Positions 16,745 through 27,561 of a stretch of 64,000 bases of DNA are shown piece after piece. The translations under genes and the position numbers were made by a program. The stretch is from a virus, in IMG/VR virus record IMGVR_UViG_3300031088_000737, positions 64,001-128,000 of that record; one strand, 5' to 3'. The stretch's first letter is position 1; every line of letters starts with the position of its first letter. The notes under the pieces are model-generated. The model was not told the DNA's origin. It made no database searches and saw nothing but the letters and a program-made list of their open reading frames with translations.

Positions 16745-17548
16745 TCATGGACAGTTTTGGCAGATAGGGCAGTAATAGGTGCCACGACCACCTTGTTTGA
16801 TTCTGGTCACTGCATGACCTAATGAATCTTCTTTCTTACCATACACATGAAAATTATCTTGAAAGCTCCCTTCTTGGTCAAAAGCGTCACGGTAATCGGA
16901 AATAGAGGAACCACCTGCTATAATAGACTTGTTCAAAATGTCTTTAGTTTCCTTTACCAACATCTCTGATTGCTTCTGGGTTAAATCCATTGCTTTTGAA
17001 TATGGACTTATGCCACAGATATACATGAGTTCAATCACATAGATATTACCAAGCCCCACTACATACTTTTGATCCAGTAAAAACTGCTTGATGTTCTTTC
17101 TATTGTTTCTTGATAAGGAATAAAGATAATCCCCTGTAAAAGCGTCAGTTAAAGGCTCTATACCCAGATGCTTTATAAATTTGTTATCATTGGGTATGTT
17201 TTCATAAGTAATGAAACCAAATTTACGAATGTCATTGTAGACCAGATAGGAACCATCTTCAAACTGTATTGCTACTCGATTAAATTTGTCATCAATCTTT
17301 TCTGGCTGAATAAGAAACTTTCCTGTCATGCCTAGGTGAGCAACAAGGGAACCTTTGTCCAGATTGAAAATAATGCATTTAGCTCGACGTTCGACATTCT
17401 TAATAGTTCGACCATCTAACAATTTTCCTAAATTTGCTTGAACAGGTTCACGTAACTTATTGTCATAGACTTCAACGTTTTTTATTTTTTTGTTTCCTAT
17501 ACTGGCGAGCGAGTTGACCACACATTGTACTTCTGGTAATTCTGGCAT
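16745..17548 (-). CDS. mutM: Formamidopyrimidine-DNA glycosylase (Fpg/MutM)
   Basis: N-terminal PELPEV; RRAK; HLGMTG; H2TH motif LLDQ..V.GLGNIY; C-terminal GRGTYYCPICQ. Confidence 0.95.
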   Translation of the reverse strand: MPELPEVQCVVNSLASIGNKKIKNVEVYDNKLREPVQANLGKLLDGRTIKNVERRAKCIIFNLDKGSLVAHLGMTGKFLIQPEKIDDKFNRVAIQFEDGSYLVYNDIRKFGFITYENIPNDNKFIKHLGIEPLTDAFTGDYLYSLSRNNRKNIKQFLLDQKYVVGLGNIYVIELMYICGISPYSKAMDLTQKQSEMLVKETKDILNKSIIAGGSSISDYRDAFDQEGSFQDNFHVYGKKEDSLGHAVTRIKQGGRGTYYCPICQNCP

Positions 17549-17687
17549 TTGGATTCTCCTTTATTGGCAAAATTAATAGTATGATTGTCTCACAAAAAAT
17601 AATAAATTCAATAAAATTCTTTAATAAAGGATTCTTTATTTTTTAAAGATAATATGTTATAATGTTTATACAATAAAAGAAAAAATC

Positions 17688-19472
17688 ATGACTACACAAA
17701 AAACTCTTTCAGTGTTGAATAAAATAACTTCAAAATATTCAAAGAATCTTTATAATGAAACCTCATTTCATGATCACTTCAAAAAAGATAATAATAACTC
17801 ACTTGGAATATCTTTTGAAGATGTAGATTATGCTTTAAATAAGCTTATTTATGAAATTCAAGTAGATGAAGATAAATTCATTTACAACGATTATGATAAT
17901 CTAGAAACACCTGTAGACATTTACAATGGGGCAATATATGCAACCTATGCTCCAAGCACTAGAGGTGACTTTAAAAAATCATTGAACTCTATGTTAGACC
18001 ATTTAGATATTTTAATCAAAATGCCAGCTATTCGTGAATCAAAACAATATTATAATTATTTAAGTAGATTGGATTCAATGAAAACATTTTCTCAGCAGGT
18101 TATGGATGAATTTGAACCTAACACTTTATTTAAAACTAAAGTGCAAATAATCAATCAAAAACTAAAAATTAATAATCAGCATAAAAAAGAAAAAGATTTT
18201 TTAATCAGAAAACTTAAAAAACTAGCCAATGAGTATCCCGTAATAAACGAAACAAAAATTAGAGAACTTTTTTATAAATTTAATGAAAATTATATCAATA
18301 TAGAAAAAGAATGTAAAGAAATTATTAAATCTAAAAACCCCATTGAATTCGAATGTATGGCGGATAGATTTATTGAATCAATGAACTTGGGGGAAACTCC
18401 TGTTCAACAATTTCTTATTAACAAACAAAAAAATATTGAAATAATATGTGAAGAAAAATTTACAAAATCACAGATAAATCAAGAAGTTTACATATTTTCT
18501 GATCATAGCATTGTTGTTAATCATCGTGATGATGGATACAAAAAAATTGAAGGTTCAATAGCATTAAGACAATTCAATTTTGATTTACATCTTGATTCAA
18601 TAGATTATATGCTTAGAAAGAAACCACAAGTTAATAAATTTTTCAAAGCAAAATTTTTAGAAGAGAATAACTACAGTGCCGCAATCAATGCTATTGTTTC
18701 TTTCAATGAGAACGAAGTTATATTAAAGAATAGTGGTATAAAGTTGGCTTTATTTCAAGATAAATCTTTTGAAGCCATTGATGACTACATCAATCATATC
18801 AAAAAAATTCATAAAGTTGAACAGTTTGCTGGTAGTATTTTGAGTGCTAAGTATAAGCACCTTCTTAATATTAACACATTCCCTTTATTTGAAACATTGT
18901 ATGAGAAAGATTTTGGGCAAAAAGAATTACAAATGTATATTGGTAAAAAATTAGCAGCCATCAAATCAGATAATGATATGATTAATATACTAAAAGGAAC
19001 ACTAAATTTATTTAGTGGATTTTTAATTGACAACGTTATTGAAAAATTAGAAAATTTAAAAATAAAGCCAATAATTAATGAAAACAATATATTAGTTTTT
19101 GAAGTTGAAAATTATGCAAACTGCAAAGAAATGGGTTCACCTGCTTGGTGTATTGTTCGTAATGAAAGTTATTTTGAGCAATATACAAAAGATGATAGTA
19201 GACAATATATTTGTTATGATTTTAATAAAAGTGAAACTGATATAAACTCATTAGTTGGATTTACTTATGATGCTTTTGGAACTATTGATGCTGCACATTA
19301 TAAAAATGATGATGCAATAGATTATGAAGAAGATACTAAAGTTTTCAATATATTTCAACAGACATTATATTTAAATAAAAGTAGACATCAAATAGATAAT
19401 GAATTATTACAAAAACTAGATAATGAATATATAAAAATTAAAAATAACAAACATGGAGTAAAGTTGTCATGA
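17688..19472 (+). CDS. Hypothetical protein (594 aa) with a GSPAWCI...F..Y motif near the C-terminus
   Basis: Long ORF with promoter-like TATAAT upstream; overlaps the next gene (ATGA coupling). Confidence 0.8.
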   Translation: MTTQKTLSVLNKITSKYSKNLYNETSFHDHFKKDNNNSLGISFEDVDYALNKLIYEIQVDEDKFIYNDYDNLETPVDIYNGAIYATYAPSTRGDFKKSLNSMLDHLDILIKMPAIRESKQYYNYLSRLDSMKTFSQQVMDEFEPNTLFKTKVQIINQKLKINNQHKKEKDFLIRKLKKLANEYPVINETKIRELFYKFNENYINIEKECKEIIKSKNPIEFECMADRFIESMNLGETPVQQFLINKQKNIEIICEEKFTKSQINQEVYIFSDHSIVVNHRDDGYKKIEGSIALRQFNFDLHLDSIDYMLRKKPQVNKFFKAKFLEENNYSAAINAIVSFNENEVILKNSGIKLALFQDKSFEAIDDYINHIKKIHKVEQFAGSILSAKYKHLLNINTFPLFETLYEKDFGQKELQMYIGKKLAAIKSDNDMINILKGTLNLFSGFLIDNVIEKLENLKIKPIINENNILVFEVENYANCKEMGSPAWCIVRNESYFEQYTKDDSRQYICYDFNKSETDINSLVGFTYDAFGTIDAAHYKNDDAIDYEEDTKVFNIFQQTLYLNKSRHQIDNELLQKLDNEYIKIKNNKHGVKLS

Positions 19473-20845
19473 GAAAAGCTCGAAAAGATGATATTTTAGA
19501 TTTGATGGATTTGTTTAGTAAAAAATATGATGTCGATATAGATTATATTCAACCAATTATTCTTAAAGGAATTTTAAATCTCCCAGCATATCGTGATATC
19601 ATTTCTACAGCATTAGCAAAGACAAGCGATGGTCGCTTTATATTGTTAGTAGGAAATTCATATAACAAAATTTCAGATGAAAAAAATAAATCAAATTCAT
19701 TTTTTAATGATTATAAAATATCTAAAATTAAAAATTCTGATATTGAGATTCTTTTACACGAGTCTGTACCTGAATTGTTGAGTTCCGTGTTAAATATTAT
19801 CGAAAATAGCTCTAGTTTAAAAGATTTGATCGATGATTTTACTAAGACTTTCACATTGGAAGATCTCCATGCAATGAATACCATTCATAATACCCCATTA
19901 TTTGAGATGATGCTTTCTGTTCATTCTGCAGAACAGGAAAACGATTTTCACAAAATAAATATATTGAAAGAAAAAATTGTTAATTCTTTTCTTCATATTG
20001 TAAGACAAAATAATATGAATACAGATATTTTTTATAATTCAATTCTTCAGAACTCTAACTTTAAAGAATTTAAAGAACTTTTCTCAAACTTAGTTTCTAA
20101 CTATTTTGATTTATTTAAATATCATCATGAAATTAATTTGGGGCTTGCTGCCATTTCTGAAACAGAACAATCTTTGTTGAATAAACCTATTATTAATGAT
20201 TTTTTTGATTTATTATCTAAGGAATATCCAGAATATTTTTTTAATGATAACATTTCTTTACATGAATATTCAGTGGATGACCATGAATTGATCAATTCGC
20301 AAAAGTCAATTAATGATATCTTAAAACCTTTCAATTTATTTGATATTCGTTTTTTACCGCAACTGAATTCTGAAGGACTCTCAGGATTTTATAATATTCC
20401 TGAGCGTTCATCTGATGGATTAAATAGTGTGAGGTTTATTGGAGAGAATCCATTTTTTACAAAATATTATGTTTATTTAGAACATATTAAGTCAGCAAAT
20501 AAATTGGATGTATATAATTTAGAAACAATTGATTTCATTGAGAAAACATCAATTGATATAATTGAAAATGTTGTGAGAAAATGTTTAGAACTAGCTCAAG
20601 AAACAGGGTTCATTCTAAATATAAATAAACAATTTCAATTTATATCAACAGAGAATGATAATCATTTTAATATTGTTACCTGTTTTCATAAATTATCCAT
20701 AGAGTATCCGAATGTGGTGGTTATTAATACAGAGGATCGTGATCTAAAGATAGCCAACCATTCAAAAAATATTTTAGCATTTACGAATGATGATTTTAAT
20801 ATTAATAAAAAATCTTTGAGTAACAATTTCAAACAAAAAATTTAA
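19469..20845 (+). CDS. Hypothetical protein (458 aa)
   Basis: Long ORF translationally coupled to the upstream gene. Confidence 0.75.
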   Translation: MRKARKDDILDLMDLFSKKYDVDIDYIQPIILKGILNLPAYRDIISTALAKTSDGRFILLVGNSYNKISDEKNKSNSFFNDYKISKIKNSDIEILLHESVPELLSSVLNIIENSSSLKDLIDDFTKTFTLEDLHAMNTIHNTPLFEMMLSVHSAEQENDFHKINILKEKIVNSFLHIVRQNNMNTDIFYNSILQNSNFKEFKELFSNLVSNYFDLFKYHHEINLGLAAISETEQSLLNKPIINDFFDLLSKEYPEYFFNDNISLHEYSVDDHELINSQKSINDILKPFNLFDIRFLPQLNSEGLSGFYNIPERSSDGLNSVRFIGENPFFTKYYVYLEHIKSANKLDVYNLETIDFIEKTSIDIIENVVRKCLELAQETGFILNINKQFQFISTENDNHFNIVTCFHKLSIEYPNVVVINTEDRDLKIANHSKNILAFTNDDFNINKKSLSNNFKQKI

Positions 20846-20921
20846 AAAATATCTATGTTTTGATTGCTTTTTTAAGGCTTGACTTATATGATATAACTAA
20901 TATTAACAGGAGTTGTAAAAA

Positions 20922-21923
20922 ATGCAATTAAGACAAAAAGTAGACGTTGGGGTTATATGCCTGATGGTAATAGGGTTTATAACGATTATGAAGATATCTT
21001 TACTCCCCGCATTACTGGCAGGTATGGTCACATTTCTGATGATGCGATTCTCGGAACAAATGATGAATAATTATATGAAGCTTGGTAATATGTCAAAATT
21101 TGTTTCTACTATATTCATATCGCTCATTATTATAGGGTTTTTAACTCTTATCTCCATGTATTCATTCTCTTGGCTCTATAAGACGGTTAGTAACCCAGAT
21201 ATGATTGTTAACGAAATTACGGTAGTATTAGATAAAACCATAAAAGACTTACCACCAAAAATATCTGGTTTCTTTCCTCAAGACATTCATAAGCTAAAAG
21301 TCAGCATTGTCGATTTCATGAAAGAGAACCTATTTGTACTAAGAGAATTCAGTCGTGGTGCAACACATACTTTAATTACTATGATTTTAGGTATGATTAT
21401 TGGTATTATGATTGCCGCTAGTGATTATGTTAAAACTGATAAGATGTTTCTTGATTCTCTAAAAACACGTTATGCACATTTAATTGAATCTTTCAAACAT
21501 GTAATGGTTGCACAAGCAGGTATTGCACTCTTTAATGCGGTAATGACTGCCTTGTTCTTACTTATTGCTATGCCACTCTTTGGTGTTGATTTCCCATTTG
21601 CAAAAACCATCATCATCTTAACGTTTGTTATCGGTTTAATCCCTATTGCGGGTAACTTGATTGTGAATGCGATTGTATTGCTTGTTGGCCTATCCGTTTC
21701 ACCGTATGTGGGTGTCAGTGCCTTTGCTTATTTAATTTTCATACATAAATTCGAATACTTCTTGAATGCTAAAATTATCGGTAGTAGAATAGAAGCTAAA
21801 GCATTTGAACTCTTGGTTGCAATGTTGATAATGGAATCTATATTTGGTGTCACTGGGCTTATCGCAGCTCCTATTCTTTATTGTTACTTAAAGAAAGAAC
21901 TCAAATATCACGAAGTTATTTAA
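20922..21923 (+). CDS. AI-2E (PerM/YdiK) family transporter
   Basis: Multiple TM segments; LIPIAGN, EYFLNAKIIG and FGVTGLIAAP motifs. Confidence 0.85.
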   Translation: MQLRQKVDVGVICLMVIGFITIMKISLLPALLAGMVTFLMMRFSEQMMNNYMKLGNMSKFVSTIFISLIIIGFLTLISMYSFSWLYKTVSNPDMIVNEITVVLDKTIKDLPPKISGFFPQDIHKLKVSIVDFMKENLFVLREFSRGATHTLITMILGMIIGIMIAASDYVKTDKMFLDSLKTRYAHLIESFKHVMVAQAGIALFNAVMTALFLLIAMPLFGVDFPFAKTIIILTFVIGLIPIAGNLIVNAIVLLVGLSVSPYVGVSAFAYLIFIHKFEYFLNAKIIGSRIEAKAFELLVAMLIMESIFGVTGLIAAPILYCYLKKELKYHEVI

Positions 21924-21977
21924 AACAACATAAGAATGGAGGTCAAGTGACCTTCATTTTTTTTAGGAGCCAAAAAA

Positions 21978-22718
21978 TTGAAAAACCGAATACGATACGC
22001 TATGCCTCTCACCATTGATGAATTAGAGCATATCATTTTCAAAGTTGGTAAAACTGCAGTATTTGATGACAATGTAATAAAGTCATCACTCTTAGAGCAA
22101 GCTGGCTTTATTTCTATTCTTGATTTAGAAGCAAGCGAATATCTTTTTAAATCCTTTGAACATTACATCTTATTAATCAACATAGAACGTTTGATTAACA
22201 CAAATAAATTCTACATATCATCAAAATCTTACATATTAAACAATGAACGAAATATCAGCATCATTAAAAACTTAAATCGTGATAATTATCTTCATATTTT
22301 ATCAACTGTTGGTGATTCAGAAGAAACGTTGATTGGTAATAAATTTTACATTACGAATAACACAAAAGCCTATAAAGAAGTTTTTGATTTTCCTGAGCAT
22401 CTTGATATGGGAGTAACATATAGCGTATTTAAATATCAAGATTTCAAATATCGTATTGAACAAATTTGGATGGATGGTATGTTTGATGTTCAATATATTT
22501 CAAATGAAGATAATAACAATCTTATTGTAACGGACTTAACATTCTCTGAATACGGAACGTTGATAGCCTATTCTGTTGAAAACAAGAAAGGGTCAGTAAA
22601 ATCTAGTAACCTAAATTCATTGATTGATACCAGCCATGTTAACATAGACAACTATCATTCATTTTTCCAAAAAATCAATAAAGAAACGTTAACGGTTATT
22701 GAAATGCTTATTGAATAA
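21978..22718 (+). CDS. Hypothetical protein, paralog family B
   Basis: C-terminus IDNYHSFF...VIEMLIE shared with 23534-25880. Confidence 0.75.
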   Translation: MKNRIRYAMPLTIDELEHIIFKVGKTAVFDDNVIKSSLLEQAGFISILDLEASEYLFKSFEHYILLINIERLINTNKFYISSKSYILNNERNISIIKNLNRDNYLHILSTVGDSEETLIGNKFYITNNTKAYKEVFDFPEHLDMGVTYSVFKYQDFKYRIEQIWMDGMFDVQYISNEDNNNLIVTDLTFSEYGTLIAYSVENKKGSVKSSNLNSLIDTSHVNIDNYHSFFQKINKETLTVIEMLIE

Positions 22719-22775
22719 TATTGTTGAGTAATATTATAATTATGCTATAATAGAAATAAATAATATGAGAACATT

Positions 22776-23453
22776 ATGCAAAATATATTTAAACAAAGCA
22801 TTAGCAATCAGCTTTATAATGATATCTTTACAACTTATCAATATATAAATTATACTTCATTTTATAAAGATGAAAACGAACGCAATATTAATAAAAAAGA
22901 AAACCAAAAAAAAATAGCAATGATTGCTGCTGGTAGTTTAGGATTGCTCACGGTTGGTATGATGGCACTTAATCATTTTGATATTTATCAAATAAATCCT
23001 GAAAACATTAAATTTAGTGTGGTTGCAGCTATATCTGCTATTTCTATTAATGCAACAATTTCAAATACTTTAGATAGATTAAAAAACAATCGCAACAAAA
23101 GATATTTTGACGAAGCGTTGAATTATGACCAATTTGAAAAAAGATTGGTCGCTGATTTAAAATCTTATGGCATTCCAGTCCAATATAAAGAAGTCTCAAC
23201 ATTAAAAGAACATAATGATTTGAAAGACATTTGGAAAAACTCAGATAAAAAAGATTTTATTGATGATGTTCGTAGCAAAACTACCGAGTATGTTAAAAAG
23301 TTAATGGATACTTATGTTGAACCTGCTTTAGTAGAATCATCAGCAAAGTTAGATCAACAATACATAAAACGTATGCTAGATGGTTTCAGTGAAGAACCTG
23401 TTGCAGAGATAGCTTTACCATCAAAAACAAAACCTAAGAAAAATACACCATAA
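22776..23453 (+). CDS. Membrane-anchored hypothetical protein, family G
   Basis: Two hydrophobic segments; N-terminus IFKQSIS matches 28152..28676 (LFKQSIS). Confidence 0.75.
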   Translation: MQNIFKQSISNQLYNDIFTTYQYINYTSFYKDENERNINKKENQKKIAMIAAGSLGLLTVGMMALNHFDIYQINPENIKFSVVAAISAISINATISNTLDRLKNNRNKRYFDEALNYDQFEKRLVADLKSYGIPVQYKEVSTLKEHNDLKDIWKNSDKKDFIDDVRSKTTEYVKKLMDTYVEPALVESSAKLDQQYIKRMLDGFSEEPVAEIALPSKTKPKKNTP

Positions 23454-23533
23454 CAAAAAAGGCTTCGGCCTTTTTTTGTTGCTATTATTCTCAATAATGT
23501 GCTATAATACTGGCATTCTAATGAGGTCTGATT

Positions 23534-24292
23534 ATGCTGGATATTAAAAACATAGAACCTGACATTTTATTCATTACTAAAAGTATACCTACCGATATCT
23601 TTATGGCGGCTTTGACAACCATTGGTTCGACCGTATATTTTTACGAAGATGAATCTATTATTAAAGATATTTTGCTTTTTCATGGATTCAAAGATATCAG
23701 CTCAACATTACGAACTATCCACTATAAGGTTACTAATGGAAAGATACTTCTCATTCATATAGAAGATTTTTATGTCCGAGATAAATACTGGATTCAATTA
23801 ACGGATAAAAATATTAATTATATTGAAAATAATTTAAAAGAATACGATGACCCCTTGGACTCATTAGATTGTATTAATGAGGGTATTTATCAATTGTATG
23901 ATACAACTTTAGAAATTCCATTTAATGAAATGTTTGATGTTGCCCATATCATTGATGAAAAAATTAAAATTAATAAAATTGAACTTTCATTTAAATACGA
24001 AAAAGATAAAATGATGTCAATTAGAATTTTTCATCGAAAAGGCAGTTATATCCATATAAGTTATATAAATTACGTTGATAAATTTGATTATCTATATTCG
24101 GACTTTATTGAATTTGTTGCTGGCCGCATGAATGTCGCACGATTAATCAATAAAACAAAAAAAATAAATTTAGATATTACATCTGATTCTGATATTGTTG
24201 ATGTAGCCACTCTTACCTTGGATAACTTTCATTTATTCTGGAAGAATTTTACACCCGAACAAAAACTGCTTGTTGAAATGTCTGCAATATAA
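23534..24292 (+). CDS. Hypothetical protein, paralog family B
   Basis: EKY/DKYW, FKY..D and TLDNFHLFW motifs; ends VEMSAI. Confidence 0.8.
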   Translation: MLDIKNIEPDILFITKSIPTDIFMAALTTIGSTVYFYEDESIIKDILLFHGFKDISSTLRTIHYKVTNGKILLIHIEDFYVRDKYWIQLTDKNINYIENNLKEYDDPLDSLDCINEGIYQLYDTTLEIPFNEMFDVAHIIDEKIKINKIELSFKYEKDKMMSIRIFHRKGSYIHISYINYVDKFDYLYSDFIEFVAGRMNVARLINKTKKINLDITSDSDIVDVATLTLDNFHLFWKNFTPEQKLLVEMSAI

Positions 24293-24302
24293 GGACTAGA
24301 TA

Positions 24303-25082
24303 ATGATTGACTTAAAAACCACTGAGATGAAGCTTATCACTGTAGATATTAATACCTTTGATGCTAACGAATTTGTTAGTCATGTGTATGAACCAGAAGT
24401 GTGTGTTGCTTTTATTAACTACAGTTATGAAATGCTAGACAATGTTTTTAGAAATGCCGGATTTTCAAAAATCAAAACGGCTGAAACTCCACATTACTTT
24501 CAAGTTTTAGGAGCGTATATTTTCGTTGTTTACTTAGAGGCGAGTGTCGATAACTTTGTAATGAGAGAAAAATATTACCTTTATAATTCTGAACAAAACC
24601 TGAAAGCTGTCGAAACCTTCAGTAATAAACGGGCCAGTAATGGTTCATTTAAAGATTTTCATAGCGATAGTGAAGTCTTTAAGCATAAACTCTTTCCAGA
24701 GTCTTTAGATATGCCATTTTACGTCAACTATCTTGTTCGCTCAGCTTATGAAACGCCGAAACTACTTAGATTAGATTTGGGTTTTAAATATGGTCAAGAT
24801 AAGTTTATGTTTGTATCTATTTTTGATAGAGCAGATAAACGTATACAAATTCAGTATGATACCTATACCCCTAACTGTCAGTATATGTATGCCGAATTTA
24901 TTCAGTTTATTAATGATGAATTAGTCGATTTAACTATCTTTAATCCAAAAAATCAGAAAAAGATGTCGATGATGAATCTGCGGGATGAATTTGATGCTCA
25001 CATTACACTCGACAACTATCATCTTTTCTGGGAACGTTACACGGCTGAACAACTCACATTGATTGAAATGTTAATGGTCTAG
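24303..25082 (+). CDS. Hypothetical protein, paralog family B
   Basis: GFKYGQD, TLDNYHLFWER; ends IEMLMV. Confidence 0.8.
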   Translation: MIDLKTTEMKLITVDINTFDANEFVSHVYEPEVCVAFINYSYEMLDNVFRNAGFSKIKTAETPHYFQVLGAYIFVVYLEASVDNFVMREKYYLYNSEQNLKAVETFSNKRASNGSFKDFHSDSEVFKHKLFPESLDMPFYVNYLVRSAYETPKLLRLDLGFKYGQDKFMFVSIFDRADKRIQIQYDTYTPNCQYMYAEFIQFINDELVDLTIFNPKNQKKMSMMNLRDEFDAHITLDNYHLFWERYTAEQLTLIEMLMV

Positions 25083-25115
25083 TCGCTTACATATTTAAAA
25101 TGAGGATACTTAATT

Positions 25116-25880
25116 ATGATGGATTTGGAAAATACCGATATACACTTATTGTTTGTTGATATAGAAACAGAAAAAGAGACGCTTTGTCGTTATTTAAGCA
25201 CACCAGCAACTACTGTTTGGTTTGAAAGTCATCGTTCAGAATTATTTTATGATTTGCTTATAAAATCAGGTTTTCAACAATTTAAAAATTTAACAAAATT
25301 GTACTTTCAAGTTTTTGGTGAATTGATCTTGATTATTAATGTTTATGAGACAAATGTTAAAGAAAAATATTGGATTAAAAACACTGAAAGTAATCTGGAA
25401 TTCGTTCAGAAAGCAGATTTAAATTATGAAAGCTCCTTTCAAAGTTATTACAGTGATGCTGCACAACAATATAATCTGTATCCAGAAGCGGTCGATGTTC
25501 CGTTTTTTGAACACTTCGAAATTAGACAAACAGGTAATTTATTTTTAAATAAACCGAGCTTAATTCGTGTAGATATTGGTTTTAAATATGCTCCCGATCA
25601 ATTTATTATTGCTTCTCTTTTTAAAAATGATAAAAATACTGTTCATATTTGTTATGATGACTATAATGATAATTCTAAAAAAACATATCCTGACTTTATA
25701 GAATTTGAAGGTAACCAATTAAGTGTTGTGCAGATGTTAAATAGAAAAACTAGTAAAAAGATATCACTGCTAGAAGAAAACATGTTTGATAGCACACAGA
25801 TAACCTTATCGAACTTTCATTTGTTTTGGGAGCGAATGACAGCCGAAGAGAAAACACTATTAGATATTTTGTTAATTTAA
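25116..25880 (+). CDS. Hypothetical protein, paralog family B
   Basis: GFKYAPD, TLSNFHLFWER; ends LDILLI. Confidence 0.8.
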   Translation: MMDLENTDIHLLFVDIETEKETLCRYLSTPATTVWFESHRSELFYDLLIKSGFQQFKNLTKLYFQVFGELILIINVYETNVKEKYWIKNTESNLEFVQKADLNYESSFQSYYSDAAQQYNLYPEAVDVPFFEHFEIRQTGNLFLNKPSLIRVDIGFKYAPDQFIIASLFKNDKNTVHICYDDYNDNSKKTYPDFIEFEGNQLSVVQMLNRKTSKKISLLEENMFDSTQITLSNFHLFWERMTAEEKTLLDILLI

Positions 25881-25908
25881 ACAGAAAGGAGCCTAAGCTC
25901 CTTTTTTG

Positions 25909-26388
25909 TTATTTAAAGAAAGGTGTTAGCGATTCTTTTTCAGTAAAAAGGCGAACTAAATCGATTCGTTTGACCGTGTATTTTGATTTTTTGAACTTTT
26001 CTGCGAGTATAATCAAAGCCGTGATGATATTGTTGTTATTCTTAGTTAAATCAAGTTCAATTAAATGAATACTACCACGTTCTTGGTAGTTAACCATATT
26101 AAATACACATTTACCTTCATGAAAGGCTTCTCTGAATAGGTTTAACAATACTTCTTTCCCGCAATCTACGTCAGTCTCAATTAAATAAGTTTTGTTGGTT
26201 TCGATATGTTTAACTTGTTCTGGATTGGTTATTGCCCCTTCCAGTGTATTCCAGTTCTTCATGAAGAACACTTTTGCGAGTGCTTCCAGTATTTTGTTAT
26301 TTGGTAAAGAGACACCTTGTTCAGCTAAATACTTGGAAAGGTTTTTGGCAGATGCTTTTATATTTTGTTTGGTGGTTTCATATTTCAT
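25909..26388 (-). CDS. Protein with N-terminal 'glyoxalase superfamily' (Glyoxalase_8-like) helical domain
   Basis: K..AK.L...L...G..L.....LEALAK......WNTL pattern; AGGAG RBS places the start at 26388. Confidence 0.6.
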   Translation of the reverse strand: MKYETTKQNIKASAKNLSKYLAEQGVSLPNNKILEALAKVFFMKNWNTLEGAITNPEQVKHIETNKTYLIETDVDCGKEVLLNLFREAFHEGKCVFNMVNYQERGSIHLIELDLTKNNNNIITALIILAEKFKKSKYTVKRIDLVRLFTEKESLTPFFK

Positions 26389-26562
26389 TTTTGAGACTCC
26401 TAATTGATGTCCAAAAAGTGCTTCCATTGCTTATAGGCAATTAGTAGTAGTTTAGTTTGAAAGATCCTTAGTTCGCCAAATTGGAAGCGGCTAGCCATAG
26501 ACACATGAAGTGGTAAAGGAGGCTGTTTGAATAATAACCTCCTTTTTATGAAAAATCAAGTA

Positions 26563-27450
26563 TTAAATTGCAATACCTTCTTTGTTTAGTGACAATTTTG
26601 CCTGAATTCGGAAGTTATCAATGAACGTATTCTTGATGTTTTGCTCAGCATCCAGTTGTTGTTTAATTTCATTGTGGTCATTATTAATCGTTTTCATAAT
26701 CTCTTCAACTTTGACGGCAACGTTATAAAGTTGACTATCTGTATTTCCCAAACTGTTTAAGACCATAAAACTTGAAAAGGTGTCCATAAAACCATTATCT
26801 GACATGTCAAAAACAAAATCCAATGTAGTCCATAAAGAATCGAGTTGGACTTCACTGACCTTTAGACGTGTGTATTCAAGTTCTTTCTTGAATTTATTGA
26901 TGGCAGGCATAACATCATTCACTTCTGAACGTGCCGTGCTGGTGCTCATACTCGACATCAGTGAAATTCCTTTGTTCTTAGTAAACATGTCTAGGGTTTC
27001 CATCGACTGAGCTGAACTGATGGCTGAGCGTGCTTCACTGATCTCTTTTAAGACATAATCGCCCGCTTTCTTGGTTTTATGAATGGTGTTGTATAAATCA
27101 GTGGCTAATTGCACTCGCTTGTTAATCTCTTCATATTTTGTATTGTTTTCTTGGTTGGACATAATGAGTTGATTGGTATAATTGTCATGCAATGATTGTT
27201 TTTTACTCAAAAGCTCTTGTGAATATCTTTTTGACAAGGATTCTTTTTCAGCAATAAAGGCTTTCAATTCTTTCAATTGTTTTCTTTTTGCAAAGGCAAA
27301 CAATCTTTTGAAAAAGTTAATGGCTTTGTATTCAGCCGTAAAATCTATCAAGATAACTTCATATTCCGAAATAACGGTTTTCGTCTTTTTAATTTCATCT
27401 TGTTTGTTATTTTCAAAGGTTTTGTAATCATTGATTAAATTTGACAACAT
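26563..27450 (-). CDS. Coiled-coil hypothetical protein
   Basis: 295-aa ORF with heptad pattern and AGGAG RBS. Confidence 0.75.
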   Translation of the reverse strand: MLSNLINDYKTFENNKQDEIKKTKTVISEYEVILIDFTAEYKAINFFKRLFAFAKRKQLKELKAFIAEKESLSKRYSQELLSKKQSLHDNYTNQLIMSNQENNTKYEEINKRVQLATDLYNTIHKTKKAGDYVLKEISEARSAISSAQSMETLDMFTKNKGISLMSSMSTSTARSEVNDVMPAINKFKKELEYTRLKVSEVQLDSLWTTLDFVFDMSDNGFMDTFSSFMVLNSLGNTDSQLYNVAVKVEEIMKTINNDHNEIKQQLDAEQNIKNTFIDNFRIQAKLSLNKEGIAI

Positions 27451-27561
27451 TGAGTAAACTCCTAAAAGAATACTTGATTATACCTTTTTCACATTCATAA
27501 ATCAATATAATTTTGAAAGCAAAAAAAACACATCAAGTGTTTTTTTATTTTGTTTGATTAA

